IMG/VR virus record: IMGVR_UViG_3300017963_000262
Location: 1 to 64,000 of that record
DNA length: 64,000 nucleotides
Strand: one strand, 5' to 3'
From: a virus
Positions 19,379-28,613 of this stretch are shown here, one piece after another (the first letter of the stretch is position 1; the number at the start of each line of letters is the position of its first letter). Both the position numbers and the translations under genes were made by a program. Below the pieces are notes generated by a model. The model was not told the DNA's origin and ran no database searches. It was given only the letters and a program-made list of their open reading frames with translations.

Positions 19379-19785
19379 TATAGAGTCAACAAACTAAGCC
19401 TATAGCTTACATTTGGCTCTAAACCCCCGATATAATTAATGTTTACAATTTGGTTGTTCTGCGACCAAGAAATAACTGGAGGTTGTTCAGCAAAAACTAA
19501 GTTATTTGAGGTAATTACAGTTCTAACAACAAGAATACCTTGCAGTCTATTAGCCAGCGTTGAGCTAAAACTTACAGTATTTAGTGGTTGACCGTTATCT
19601 CCAGTAGTAAACTCAATTTCTTTAATTTCTTGAGAAATATTGGTAAAATCTAAATTTCCAGCTAAAGCACTTCTAACTTGCTCATGGAAGGAGTTAATGA
19701 TAAACGCCATTTTACGAACAAGAGGTTGATCTTCTTTGGCAAAATCTTCAACTGTAAGTCTTTTCAGATCAGGTATTCTAGCCAC
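19378..19785 (-). CDS. virion protein
   Basis: 135 aa, 3-nt gap to upstream 1363-aa gene. Confidence 0.4.
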   Translation of the reverse strand: MARIPDLKRLTVEDFAKEDQPLVRKMAFIINSFHEQVRSALAGNLDFTNISQEIKEIEFTTGDNGQPLNTVSFSSTLANRLQGILVVRTVITSNNLVFAEQPPVISWSQNNQIVNINYIGGLEPNVSYRLSLLTL

Positions 19786-19787
19786 AA

Positions 19788-22700
19788 TTACTCCCTGTAA
19801 GCCCTAGATGAAATTGGTCTAAGAGTATAAGAAATACCAAAAATGCCCCACTTTTCTCTAGCAGAATTGTGCTCAAATTGACATTGAATAAATCTACAAC
19901 GTTGTTTTGAACGAGGAATGTAAGTTCTTAAAGGAACTCCACTAAATCCTCCACCCCAATTTTGTTCTGACCATAAGAACGATCCCCAATCACCTTTTCC
20001 TGATTTGAAAAAAGGAACAGATTCCACTCCGGGACTAAGATCGGATTTATAACCAACATCACCAGTGGTGAAAGTCGCATTTTCAAACATAACCGTACCT
20101 TCTCGAACTTGCTTTAATGCTGAAGGATCTCCAAAAGTTTCTGGAGCATACAATACGGTAGAAACGATTCCTTTAAATAAAGTAATATCGCCTTGAATAA
20201 AATTTAAAGAATATTGAACTTCAATATCAGGATTATTTACTTCTGAGTTTGTAATTAGAACTTCAAATTCAGTTTCACCAGTTGATTGTAGATAATTAGA
20301 ATACAATGTTCCTGCATCTAAATTTAATTTATCAACGATTGCGTTGAAACCATCTTGGGTTCCTTCTAACGTAGTCGGATATGTATTTAATGTTGCCTCA
20401 AAATCATTTGCAACAATAGATGGATCATTGTCTAATTTAATTGCTAACAACTCTAGTTTTCCTCTAATATCATCTCCAGCAACAGCTTCTAGTGAAGATA
20501 AGAAGTCTCCACTACCTTGGGTGGTAACATTAATATTAAATCCATTACCTAAACCATTAGATAGGCTATCAAAAGGATCTGTAGTTTCACCGTTACGGAT
20601 TGTTCTAGCAGTAAATGATGTTGCCAAAGTTGTATAACTTACAATAAAATCTTGAGTTACGGTTTTTATTGTGTTTTGAGTTTTATTAGCTAATCCGGCT
20701 AATGTTGAAATTCCAGAAACGTCTATTCTGATTTGCGTTGATCCAATTAGATCAGTAAACACTGTTTCATCTAAAACTGGCAAATTATCGAAAGCATCAA
20801 AAAATACTGCATATTTTTGAGCATCTGACGCAGAATAAACAAAGAAATATTTAGAATGTAAATCATTTGGAACAGAACCAGTATATGATCCAAAATCTAT
20901 AGTAAATTCTTCAGCAGAACCAGTAAATGGATCTAGATCAAGTTTTCTCAACAATTGATTAAATTGGGTAATAGTTAATCTTTGAGTTTGAACAACAGAA
21001 TCACCAGTTTCGGCAACATTTGCTTGAGATAAAGTCAGAGTTGTTCCATCTACAGAATTAGCTGCCAACTGTAAAAGAAAATCTCTATCAGCGTAATCAG
21101 TTCTGTCAAATAATTTTCTTTCTCTTTCAATAAAATTTTCGTCAGTGGGTCCTAGATAAAGTTTATCATCACCACCATTAACTACACCACAAGTTTTTCT
21201 AAGCAATAATCTGGTCCAAGTATCTTCGGCTGTATTATAACGATAAGCTTGGGTAGCTACATCGTCAGTAGTAACTGAAGGTAGCCACAAAGTATAAGAT
21301 CTATCAGTTTCATAGCTTACACCAAAAGAAGAATACTCAAAATTATAGTTAGCACTAGTTAAAACTTGAATTACATTATCTAGTCGTTTAGAAATAATGT
21401 CAACACCTGTATCAGAAATTACAGCAACACCTTGATTTGTCAAACAGTATATTTGGTTATTAAGAACAACAGCAGTATCAGGAGCGATGATTTTAGTTGA
21501 AGCGTCAAATAAGTCAACCGTGAAAACACCGTTCAATCCTGTCAATCTGTAAATACCATCTTGTTTAAGAATAAATAGACTTTCTCTTAGTGCCAGTATC
21601 CTAGAAATTCCCTGATCTTCTGGACCAATATCAATAAAATTAAGTAAAGGTACTGCTTCAGGTTGTTGCAACTTAGAATACATTATTCTGTTTGGTTTAA
21701 TTTCAGCTTCAGCAAGAACTGGACTAGCTTCAGGTGCCGGAGGAAGAGGAGGATTAAATTGTTGTCCAGTAAGAGCACTATCTGCGGTTAGAGAAAAACT
21801 ATCTGTTCCAATATCTCGAACTTCCAATAGAATTTGTCCGGGAATATCATTAGGTCCAGAAATATAGAAAGCATTAACTACTTCGCTAGTGTTTTTATTT
21901 ATAATGTTAACCAGAGATCTTGCGGTTTCATCAATTTGTTGTGCTGGAGTAGGAGCAGCAGACAATAAAACATCGTTATTTGCAGAATCTTCTCCATCTC
22001 CTTGCGTAGTAACTGTAATTGAGATTCCATTTCCAACAGGAGAAGTTACGCTATCGGCAGCGTCATCAGTGTTCCCATTATTAGTATTTGTGATCGTTAA
22101 GTCTTCTCCAGAAGCATATCCTACTGAAAAATCTCCAGCAGAATCTTGTTCAAAAATAGAATTTGCTGTAGCTTCAGCTAACTCGGTTGTGTTAGTTACA
22201 GTTCTACCAACACTAACTTTAAATCCAACTCGCCCATCGACCTCTGCATTCCCTGCAGGGTCTAAGTTTGCCGGAGTATTTATTTGATATTCAAAACCTT
22301 GTTCGATTGTTTCAATTACCTCGATATCTGTAAGATCAAAGGCATTTGTTTCAATTTCAAGAAACTCGTTCGTTGCGGTGTATTGAACATCGTAATCATT
22401 AAACACATTATTTGTTGTTAAAGCTGAAGCTGCAGCAGAAGCAACATCGGCAAGAGTTCCAGCAGCACTAATATCAGCTTTTACGCTTATAAGAGTTGAT
22501 AGTTCTGTATTTTGAGGATTGCTTCCCGGATCATCAGTTGTTCCAGTAGCATCGAACCAAACATAGTAACCTCTAGATGTTGGTGTATATAATACAACAT
22601 AATCCCCATCTAAATCTCCGGGAACAGTTCCAACATAATTAGTAAAGTCTAAAGTTTGTGTAGTAAGCGTACTATCATACCAAACATAGTAACGTCTAGT

Positions 22701-23879
22701 ATTTGATGCTGAATTTAACAGAAAATATGTACCATTTAAGTCATTTGGTATTGCACCAACATAGCTAGAGAAATCAATTTCTGTAGTTTCTTTTTCTCCA
22801 ACAAAAGTATATGTTTGAGCCGGATTTACACCGTCATCAATTATAAATTCAGATACTCCACTAGTAAAATTAGCAACACCAAGTAACGAGATAGTAGTTC
22901 TAGCTCTAGTTTCAGTATTCGCATAAAACATAGTGCTTTGATATAGAGTTAAATCTTTTGCAATAGGAGGAGGTTCATTTGCTTGATCTATGCCCTCACC
23001 AGAATTTGGATTTGTATATAAGAAAGCTCCGCCAGCCCTAAAGTCTTCAGGAGTGATGTCTGTTAAAGTAACCAAGCTTGCTGTTTTTTCTGCAGCAGTT
23101 GGAAAATCTTCAATGATAAGCTGCATTTCGTCACCGGGATCAATGTCGTCAACACCCAAAGATCCTGTAGCAGTAAATACAGCGGTACGATATAATTGAT
23201 AAAAATAACTATCGTTAAATGTAGTAGGAATTACAAATTGCAAGTCAACATTAGCACTAACATCACTAAAGTTAGTAATAACTAATCTTGAGCTAGGAGA
23301 ACCAAGAACTAGAACATCGTTAGCGTCTCGATATCCCCAAACTAATCTATATGCAACTTTACTATTTGCCGGAAGAAAACCAGAACTTTGTGTATTAAGA
23401 TTTCCAGTTAAATCTAACGCTTTTATTGCACCAGCGTCAATAATAAAATCAGGATCGGTGGTGAAGTCTGCAGCAGTTCTAGCTGAAATCTTTTTAATAC
23501 CGTCATTAGTTGTGAAGAAGAAGTTTTTATTAGATTCGGCACCTTTAATTCTTAGACCTGTTTCAGTTTCAGTATATGAACCGTCAAACTCTAAAAAGTT
23601 GCCGTCTACTTGTAAATTGTGAGGATTATCATTGAATAGTAGCTTATCATCATAGTGAATTAAGACTCGATCTTTATATACTAAAAGTTGTTTTGCTCTT
23701 TCAGTTCCAAGATTACCAAATGTGTTACCATATTGGTTAAATCCTCGTCTAGGTTCAATTACAGCATCACGATCAATAATAACATTGTCGGCAACAACTA
23801 AAGCTCCTTCAGGAACCTTAGAAAGCAAATTTGGATCTGTATATAAACCTCTGGCTTCGAGGGTTTTCTTTTGTGCCAT
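19788..23879 (-). CDS. large virion protein with three tandem ~40-aa repeats
   Basis: 1363 aa; repeats TEIDFSSYVGAIPNDLNGTYFLLNSASNTRRYYVWYD / QTLDFTNYVGTVPGDLDGDYVVLYTPTSRGYYVWFD / EFTIDFGSYTGSVPNDLHSKYFFVYSASDAQKYAVFFD. Confidence 0.5.
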   Translation of the reverse strand: MAQKKTLEARGLYTDPNLLSKVPEGALVVADNVIIDRDAVIEPRRGFNQYGNTFGNLGTERAKQLLVYKDRVLIHYDDKLLFNDNPHNLQVDGNFLEFDGSYTETETGLRIKGAESNKNFFFTTNDGIKKISARTAADFTTDPDFIIDAGAIKALDLTGNLNTQSSGFLPANSKVAYRLVWGYRDANDVLVLGSPSSRLVITNFSDVSANVDLQFVIPTTFNDSYFYQLYRTAVFTATGSLGVDDIDPGDEMQLIIEDFPTAAEKTASLVTLTDITPEDFRAGGAFLYTNPNSGEGIDQANEPPPIAKDLTLYQSTMFYANTETRARTTISLLGVANFTSGVSEFIIDDGVNPAQTYTFVGEKETTEIDFSSYVGAIPNDLNGTYFLLNSASNTRRYYVWYDSTLTTQTLDFTNYVGTVPGDLDGDYVVLYTPTSRGYYVWFDATGTTDDPGSNPQNTELSTLISVKADISAAGTLADVASAAASALTTNNVFNDYDVQYTATNEFLEIETNAFDLTDIEVIETIEQGFEYQINTPANLDPAGNAEVDGRVGFKVSVGRTVTNTTELAEATANSIFEQDSAGDFSVGYASGEDLTITNTNNGNTDDAADSVTSPVGNGISITVTTQGDGEDSANNDVLLSAAPTPAQQIDETARSLVNIINKNTSEVVNAFYISGPNDIPGQILLEVRDIGTDSFSLTADSALTGQQFNPPLPPAPEASPVLAEAEIKPNRIMYSKLQQPEAVPLLNFIDIGPEDQGISRILALRESLFILKQDGIYRLTGLNGVFTVDLFDASTKIIAPDTAVVLNNQIYCLTNQGVAVISDTGVDIISKRLDNVIQVLTSANYNFEYSSFGVSYETDRSYTLWLPSVTTDDVATQAYRYNTAEDTWTRLLLRKTCGVVNGGDDKLYLGPTDENFIERERKLFDRTDYADRDFLLQLAANSVDGTTLTLSQANVAETGDSVVQTQRLTITQFNQLLRKLDLDPFTGSAEEFTIDFGSYTGSVPNDLHSKYFFVYSASDAQKYAVFFDAFDNLPVLDETVFTDLIGSTQIRIDVSGISTLAGLANKTQNTIKTVTQDFIVSYTTLATSFTARTIRNGETTDPFDSLSNGLGNGFNINVTTQGSGDFLSSLEAVAGDDIRGKLELLAIKLDNDPSIVANDFEATLNTYPTTLEGTQDGFNAIVDKLNLDAGTLYSNYLQSTGETEFEVLITNSEVNNPDIEVQYSLNFIQGDITLFKGIVSTVLYAPETFGDPSALKQVREGTVMFENATFTTGDVGYKSDLSPGVESVPFFKSGKGDWGSFLWSEQNWGGGFSGVPLRTYIPRSKQRCRFIQCQFEHNSAREKWGIFGISYTLRPISSRAYRE

Positions 23880-23887
23880 ATTATTCC

Positions 23888-24841
23888 TTAGCGTCTATTA
23901 AAACGTTTAGAAAAAATGCTTGTTCGTACTAAACCATGACGATTAACAATTTTTCTTGGACTATCATCAACTCGATTGTCAATAATCATGCCCATAGCTA
24001 CTTGCATTTGTTGTAATTTCACCATTGCTGACTGCAAACCTTCACTATCACCGATAGATTCTAGAACTCTACAAGCTACCATTTGAGCCAACATAGGGTG
24101 CAAATCACTAGGAACTTGAGGAATAGAAGCCTCTCCAGCTAAAGAAATATGATCTCCAATCTCAAGATCTTCAGGGATATCTGAAGGAGCAAAAGTAATG
24201 GAGTTAGTTGTAGTATTAAGATTCGTTGCAGTTTTATCAATTTTTAAAATTGAATGAGGTGAAGTCGCTTTATACATGTCGTATTTAACACTAATATTAA
24301 AATTATCAGGAACATCATTTAAAGTCACAACTCCAGTAGTTCGGTTAATTCCTGTAATTATTCCAACGCGATCCTCTTGTACCATAACAGAAGGCTTAAT
24401 ATAATAAACCATAGTTAGGTCGCCATTCGCAGCAATATTACTAGATGTGCTAGTTAACACAACTTTATTATTTTTTACATAATATTGTCTGAGGTTAGTT
24501 GAAGTTGTTACATCATATTCACCAAAACGATTACCAATACCAATTCTAGTCATTTCTTGATAATTGTTTTCACTATGTTTAAGTTGTAAATCTCTAAGTT
24601 TATTACCAACAGCTCTGCTTGGTATAGTATAAGCTGTTTTTCCGTTCTCAAGAGGAACATCTTCCTCAAATAGTAAATGATCTTCATGCAAAGACATTAA
24701 CATTGGAACTAAACTTATGCGCAGTTCTTCAGTAGCAAAATCTAAAAAATCAGCTTTAGTAAAAGTAGCTTGACTTTCAGGAACACTTGCTCTTCGTTTT
24801 ACGCTTTCAACTAACTTGTCAGAGGTTAAAGCATCGCTCAT
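23888..24841 (-). CDS. virion structural protein
   Basis: 317 aa ORF in the late operon. Confidence 0.4.
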   Translation of the reverse strand: MSDALTSDKLVESVKRRASVPESQATFTKADFLDFATEELRISLVPMLMSLHEDHLLFEEDVPLENGKTAYTIPSRAVGNKLRDLQLKHSENNYQEMTRIGIGNRFGEYDVTTSTNLRQYYVKNNKVVLTSTSSNIAANGDLTMVYYIKPSVMVQEDRVGIITGINRTTGVVTLNDVPDNFNISVKYDMYKATSPHSILKIDKTATNLNTTTNSITFAPSDIPEDLEIGDHISLAGEASIPQVPSDLHPMLAQMVACRVLESIGDSEGLQSAMVKLQQMQVAMGMIIDNRVDDSPRKIVNRHGLVRTSIFSKRFNRR

Positions 24842-24856
24842 TTATTACCTCTTTTC

Positions 24857-25111
24857 TTACATCAAGTCTAAGTCGTCTTTCTTTTTCATAAAATCTTGAG
24901 CCATGTCAAGACCTTCTTCAAGTCCTTCTTGGTCTGGAGCCATAATTTCAACTTTTTCCATTTCATCCATATCATCAAGGTCATTACCAAGAATATCAGA
25001 CATCATTTGGTGAAGTTGCTTTAAAACTTCCATTTTAGACTCAAGTTCAGAACCTTCCATTTCCATTTCAGGCTCCTCTTGCATGGACATTTTTTCCATG
25101 AGTTCTTTCAT
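24857..25111 (-). CDS. hyper-acidic Met/Glu/Asp-rich small protein
   Basis: 84 aa with ~14 Met and >35 Asp+Glu. Confidence 0.4.
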   Translation of the reverse strand: MKELMEKMSMQEEPEMEMEGSELESKMEVLKQLHQMMSDILGNDLDDMDEMEKVEIMAPDQEGLEEGLDMAQDFMKKKDDLDLM

Positions 25112-25124
25112 ATTTTTCCTCCAA

Positions 25125-25634
25125 TTAAATTAGATGCAATACTAAGGATGCTAATAGTAAAGCACCCAAAATTAAATTAAATCTTTTTTGGTTTTTTAAT
25201 TCTCTATTAAATACTTCTAAAGTTGGCTTAGTTCGTAGTTTTGATTCTAGTTCTTTTTTGTCTAGAAACATTTTTTGATAAACATCTTCAAAATCTTTAG
25301 TATGATCCCTATGAAACGTTACCTGTTTAATTTCAGGTTGATGAATCATTTCCATTGGTTCTTTCATATCCAGTTGATTTACCATTCCGGTTAATTCAAT
25401 TAGATCTTCATGGTTATCGTCAACTTTTTCTTCAAGAACACCAAGATCCTGTTGCAATTTTTCGATAGCTTTTTTGTTTTGATAAGTTCTATCTGATACT
25501 GTATCTAAACGAGGATCGTGTTGTTTTTCTGCAACAGTTTCAGGTAACAATTCAGATTTACCAACTTGCATTTCTGGAACTTCCGGCAACTTAGCTTCTA
25601 ATGTTATACCTTCACCAATTTTAAGAGTAGCCAT
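25125..25634 (-). CDS. tail-anchored protein (C-terminal TM)
   Basis: 169 aa; C-terminus ILGALLLASLVLHLI. Confidence 0.4.
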   Translation of the reverse strand: MATLKIGEGITLEAKLPEVPEMQVGKSELLPETVAEKQHDPRLDTVSDRTYQNKKAIEKLQQDLGVLEEKVDDNHEDLIELTGMVNQLDMKEPMEMIHQPEIKQVTFHRDHTKDFEDVYQKMFLDKKELESKLRTKPTLEVFNRELKNQKRFNLILGALLLASLVLHLI

Positions 25635-25635
25635 A

Positions 25636-25782
25636 TTACTTTCTCTCTTTTTTCATCATGTTTTTGAGTTTTTTGAATTTAGCCTCTTCAGTTTTTTCTT
25701 TAGGACTAACTTCTTTTTTATGCTCTTTAAGATCAAAAATTACTTCATCAATGGTTGGATATTTAGATTTTTTGTGTTTCAT
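25636..25782 (-). CDS. small Lys-rich protein (candidate, below ORF-track cutoff)
   Basis: 48 aa MKHKKSKYPTIDEVIFDLKEHKK...; its stop overlaps the downstream start (TAATATG); start 4 nt after upstream stop. Confidence 0.3.
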   Translation of the reverse strand: MKHKKSKYPTIDEVIFDLKEHKKEVSPKEKTEEAKFKKLKNMMKKERK

Positions 25783-25785
25783 TGA

Positions 25786-26238
25786 CTATCCTTGTCCTAC
25801 TAAATGCACATTCAATTCTGAATTACCATTAGATTGGCTTTGCAAAACTCGAATCCTTCGAGCACAAATATCTACAATACTACCACATTTTTGAGAACCT
25901 GTCAAGCTAGAAACATCAAACCAAACATCACCTTGATCGACAGGACTGACTTGAATAGTTAAAGTACAGTCTTTTAAACCACTTACGAGTTCAACAAACA
26001 ATTGAACCCGCTTAAGAGACGAACAAGGCAAAGAGGGAACAACCTCTTGATCCTGCGGTAAAACTCCCATAGAAGTAACAGTTAACGTATCAGGATGCGC
26101 TGTTACACTATCTTCACGGTGATTAAATTTAAGATCAAATTGGGTATCAACAATTCTACACCTTTTGGCGTTGTGCTTGCTGTCATGTTCATCTCGAACA
26201 ATTCTTACCGGATCTTTTTTTGGTTCATCACTATACAT
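25786..26238 (-). CDS. virion protein
   Basis: 150 aa. Confidence 0.4.
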   Translation of the reverse strand: MYSDEPKKDPVRIVRDEHDSKHNAKRCRIVDTQFDLKFNHREDSVTAHPDTLTVTSMGVLPQDQEVVPSLPCSSLKRVQLFVELVSGLKDCTLTIQVSPVDQGDVWFDVSSLTGSQKCGSIVDICARRIRVLQSQSNGNSELNVHLVGQG

Positions 26239-26248
26239 AGTTTATTCC

Positions 26249-27565
26249 TTAGACAGTTGTGGTTATAGCTCTAAATTTAATGTCTCCAGACACAAATCCA
26301 GCTTCATCATTTGAAGTATATTGAATCTGTCCTGCAGAAGTTATGCTAAAATTTACTCCAGAATTATCACCTGTAGCACTTACAGACATATCCCAATCGG
26401 CACCTTTTTGAACACCACGAAGAGTAAATACTTCAAAGGTATCGGCAGTAGCATCTTTTTCTACAGAAACTAAAGCTTCAAAACTTCTTACAGTAGCGTT
26501 AGCAAAAGCAAATCCGGTTACATCAGTTGGAGCAGCTACGTTATTTGCCATAGCAAAGGTAGTTTCTGAGATATCTCCAGCAGAAGCTCCAGTATCTACA
26601 GCGGCAATTTCATCATCAACATATTTTTTAGTGGCAGCGTCTTGATCTGCAGTTGGATCAACAACGTTTACAATTTTGCTAGTTGAAACATCAACATCTG
26701 TTGCTGGGTTTAATGTAATATTTCCAGAACCAGAAGTTAATTGTAGACCGTCACTACTAACTAATTGTTTTGCGTGAACTTGAGTAAAGTTTGTAGACGC
26801 AGAACCTAAATCTCTAGTGTTATCGGTGTCCGGTAGAATATCAACAGAAGCAACTAGACTGTTTGTCCAATCTAATTTTGTACTTCCACCAGCGTTTAAG
26901 CTGTGTCCGGTAATACTAATAACGGCATTACCATTTGATGCATTGTTAATAGTATTTACATATAATTGGGCAAATCCTTGACCATTAGCACCGATATTTC
27001 TTGAACCACCAACATCGGGCAATAAGTTTTGGTTAATTGCTGTTGGAGAAGTTAAGTTGCTCAAAGTTTGGTTAGCAGCACTAACATCATCAGCGTCAAG
27101 AGTGACAATACCAGTTTGACCGTTAACAGAAAGAACTTCGTCACCAGCCTTAAGTAAAACATAAGCACTACCATCATAAATATATGAAGCGGCACCAGAG
27201 GTAATATTAGGGTCAGCAGAAGCATCAGTTACTCGAACAACATCACCTTCCTGAACCTCACCATCTCCAGAACCAATAGTAAGAGCGTCTCTAGCAGTAA
27301 TATCAGCAGCAGTAAATACTTCAGTAATAGCAATAGCTGGAACAACAGAACTTAATAATTTTCCGTTAGCATCAAGACCAGCATAACCATTTGCTTGATC
27401 TTTATTAGCTAAAAGTTCAACGCCAGTTAAAGTGTTACTTGCACTATCAATTGTTTTATTTGTTAATGTCTGGGTAGCAGTATTAGTTGTTACTGTATCA
27501 GAATTGACTGATGCTGTTCCAGTTACCTCTACTCCATTTTTAAATTTATGTGGTACGTTAGCCAT
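26249..27565 (-). CDS. tail fibre protein
   Basis: 438 aa; TQTLTNKTIDSASNTLTGVE fibre repeat; C-terminal domain paralogous to 31696-32172. Confidence 0.55.
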   Translation of the reverse strand: MANVPHKFKNGVEVTGTASVNSDTVTTNTATQTLTNKTIDSASNTLTGVELLANKDQANGYAGLDANGKLLSSVVPAIAITEVFTAADITARDALTIGSGDGEVQEGDVVRVTDASADPNITSGAASYIYDGSAYVLLKAGDEVLSVNGQTGIVTLDADDVSAANQTLSNLTSPTAINQNLLPDVGGSRNIGANGQGFAQLYVNTINNASNGNAVISITGHSLNAGGSTKLDWTNSLVASVDILPDTDNTRDLGSASTNFTQVHAKQLVSSDGLQLTSGSGNITLNPATDVDVSTSKIVNVVDPTADQDAATKKYVDDEIAAVDTGASAGDISETTFAMANNVAAPTDVTGFAFANATVRSFEALVSVEKDATADTFEVFTLRGVQKGADWDMSVSATGDNSGVNFSITSAGQIQYTSNDEAGFVSGDIKFRAITTTV

Positions 27566-27577
27566 TATTATTTCTCC

Positions 27578-27904
27578 TTAATTATTTTCAGCTATTATAA
27601 TTTTTCCTTCAAACCGAGCGTCAGGACTTTCAACAACACCGATAACAACGTTACCTGTTGCAGAATCAACACTAACCGCTACAGTTACTAATTCATAATC
27701 ACTACCATTTAGTTCATATACTTGGACCACAGGATTTAATCCTTTTCCATGTGCAGCGGTTGGTATAGCAATCGAGTAAAATCCACCTGATGGGCTTCCC
27801 CAATCAGTTGTATCATTAAATGTATTTTGATAATTTGGATTTTGTGTAGAACCTGCACCAGTAAAATCTAAATTACCAATAAATGGATTAAACTTTGTAG
27901 CCAA
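27578..27904 (-). CDS. tail-associated protein
   Basis: 108 aa. Confidence 0.4.
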   Translation of the reverse strand: MATKFNPFIGNLDFTGAGSTQNPNYQNTFNDTTDWGSPSGGFYSIAIPTAAHGKGLNPVVQVYELNGSDYELVTVAVSVDSATGNVVIGVVESPDARFEGKIIIAENN

Positions 27905-27906
27905 CT

Positions 27907-28188
27907 TTAGCTCCTAGTAATATTAGTTATTCTATTTTGAGCATCGTAAGTTAACGTTAATGTCGCTAACGGTGAACCATCTTTAGAATAAGTTACAGTT
28001 TCAATTTCTCCTAGACCATTTCCTGCAGCAACATAAGTAAGATCAATTTCATCATAACTTTCAGGAACTAAGGTTCCACCAACAGAAGTTACCGCTAAAC
28101 CACCAGAAGGAACAGTTTGTCCATCTAGAGAAACCCCAGCTCGCTTAATTACTTGTGTATAGTCTAATTTACTTAAATTATCCGCCAC
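27907..28188 (-). CDS. tail-associated protein
   Basis: 93 aa. Confidence 0.4.
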   Translation of the reverse strand: MADNLSKLDYTQVIKRAGVSLDGQTVPSGGLAVTSVGGTLVPESYDEIDLTYVAAGNGLGEIETVTYSKDGSPLATLTLTYDAQNRITNITRS

Positions 28189-28190
28189 AA

Positions 28191-28613
28191 TTAACTCCCC
28201 GGCTTAGTTGGATATACAGGATTATGAACATCAACCACATTATCTGGTAAATCTCTTAATGCTTGTCTGTAAGCCGCATAATCATTTTTTTGTTGTTCAG
28301 TTAATGGGGCATCTGCTAATTGAGTAAAATCTGTATCAGCAAGCAATAAATTTCTTTTATTTCTAAGAATTTTCATTGCATTGTCATCTTTATTCGTTTG
28401 TCTACTCGCGGCATCAGCGTCTTTAGCATCTTGATCTACACTAATTTCTACACCAATTTGAATATCGTCTTCCATTACCGGAGTAGTTGTTAAATAAGGA
28501 TAATCTTCTTTATTAATCCCTTCAGGAAGTTTCCCTATTGTGCCTTTAGGTTTAAACCCATTGGTCGAAATGACATGTAATGTATCATTTTTATTTATCA
28601 CATATTTAGTCAT
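28191..28613 (-). CDS. tail-associated protein
   Basis: 140 aa. Confidence 0.4.
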   Translation of the reverse strand: MTKYVINKNDTLHVISTNGFKPKGTIGKLPEGINKEDYPYLTTTPVMEDDIQIGVEISVDQDAKDADAASRQTNKDDNAMKILRNKRNLLLADTDFTQLADAPLTEQQKNDYAAYRQALRDLPDNVVDVHNPVYPTKPGS

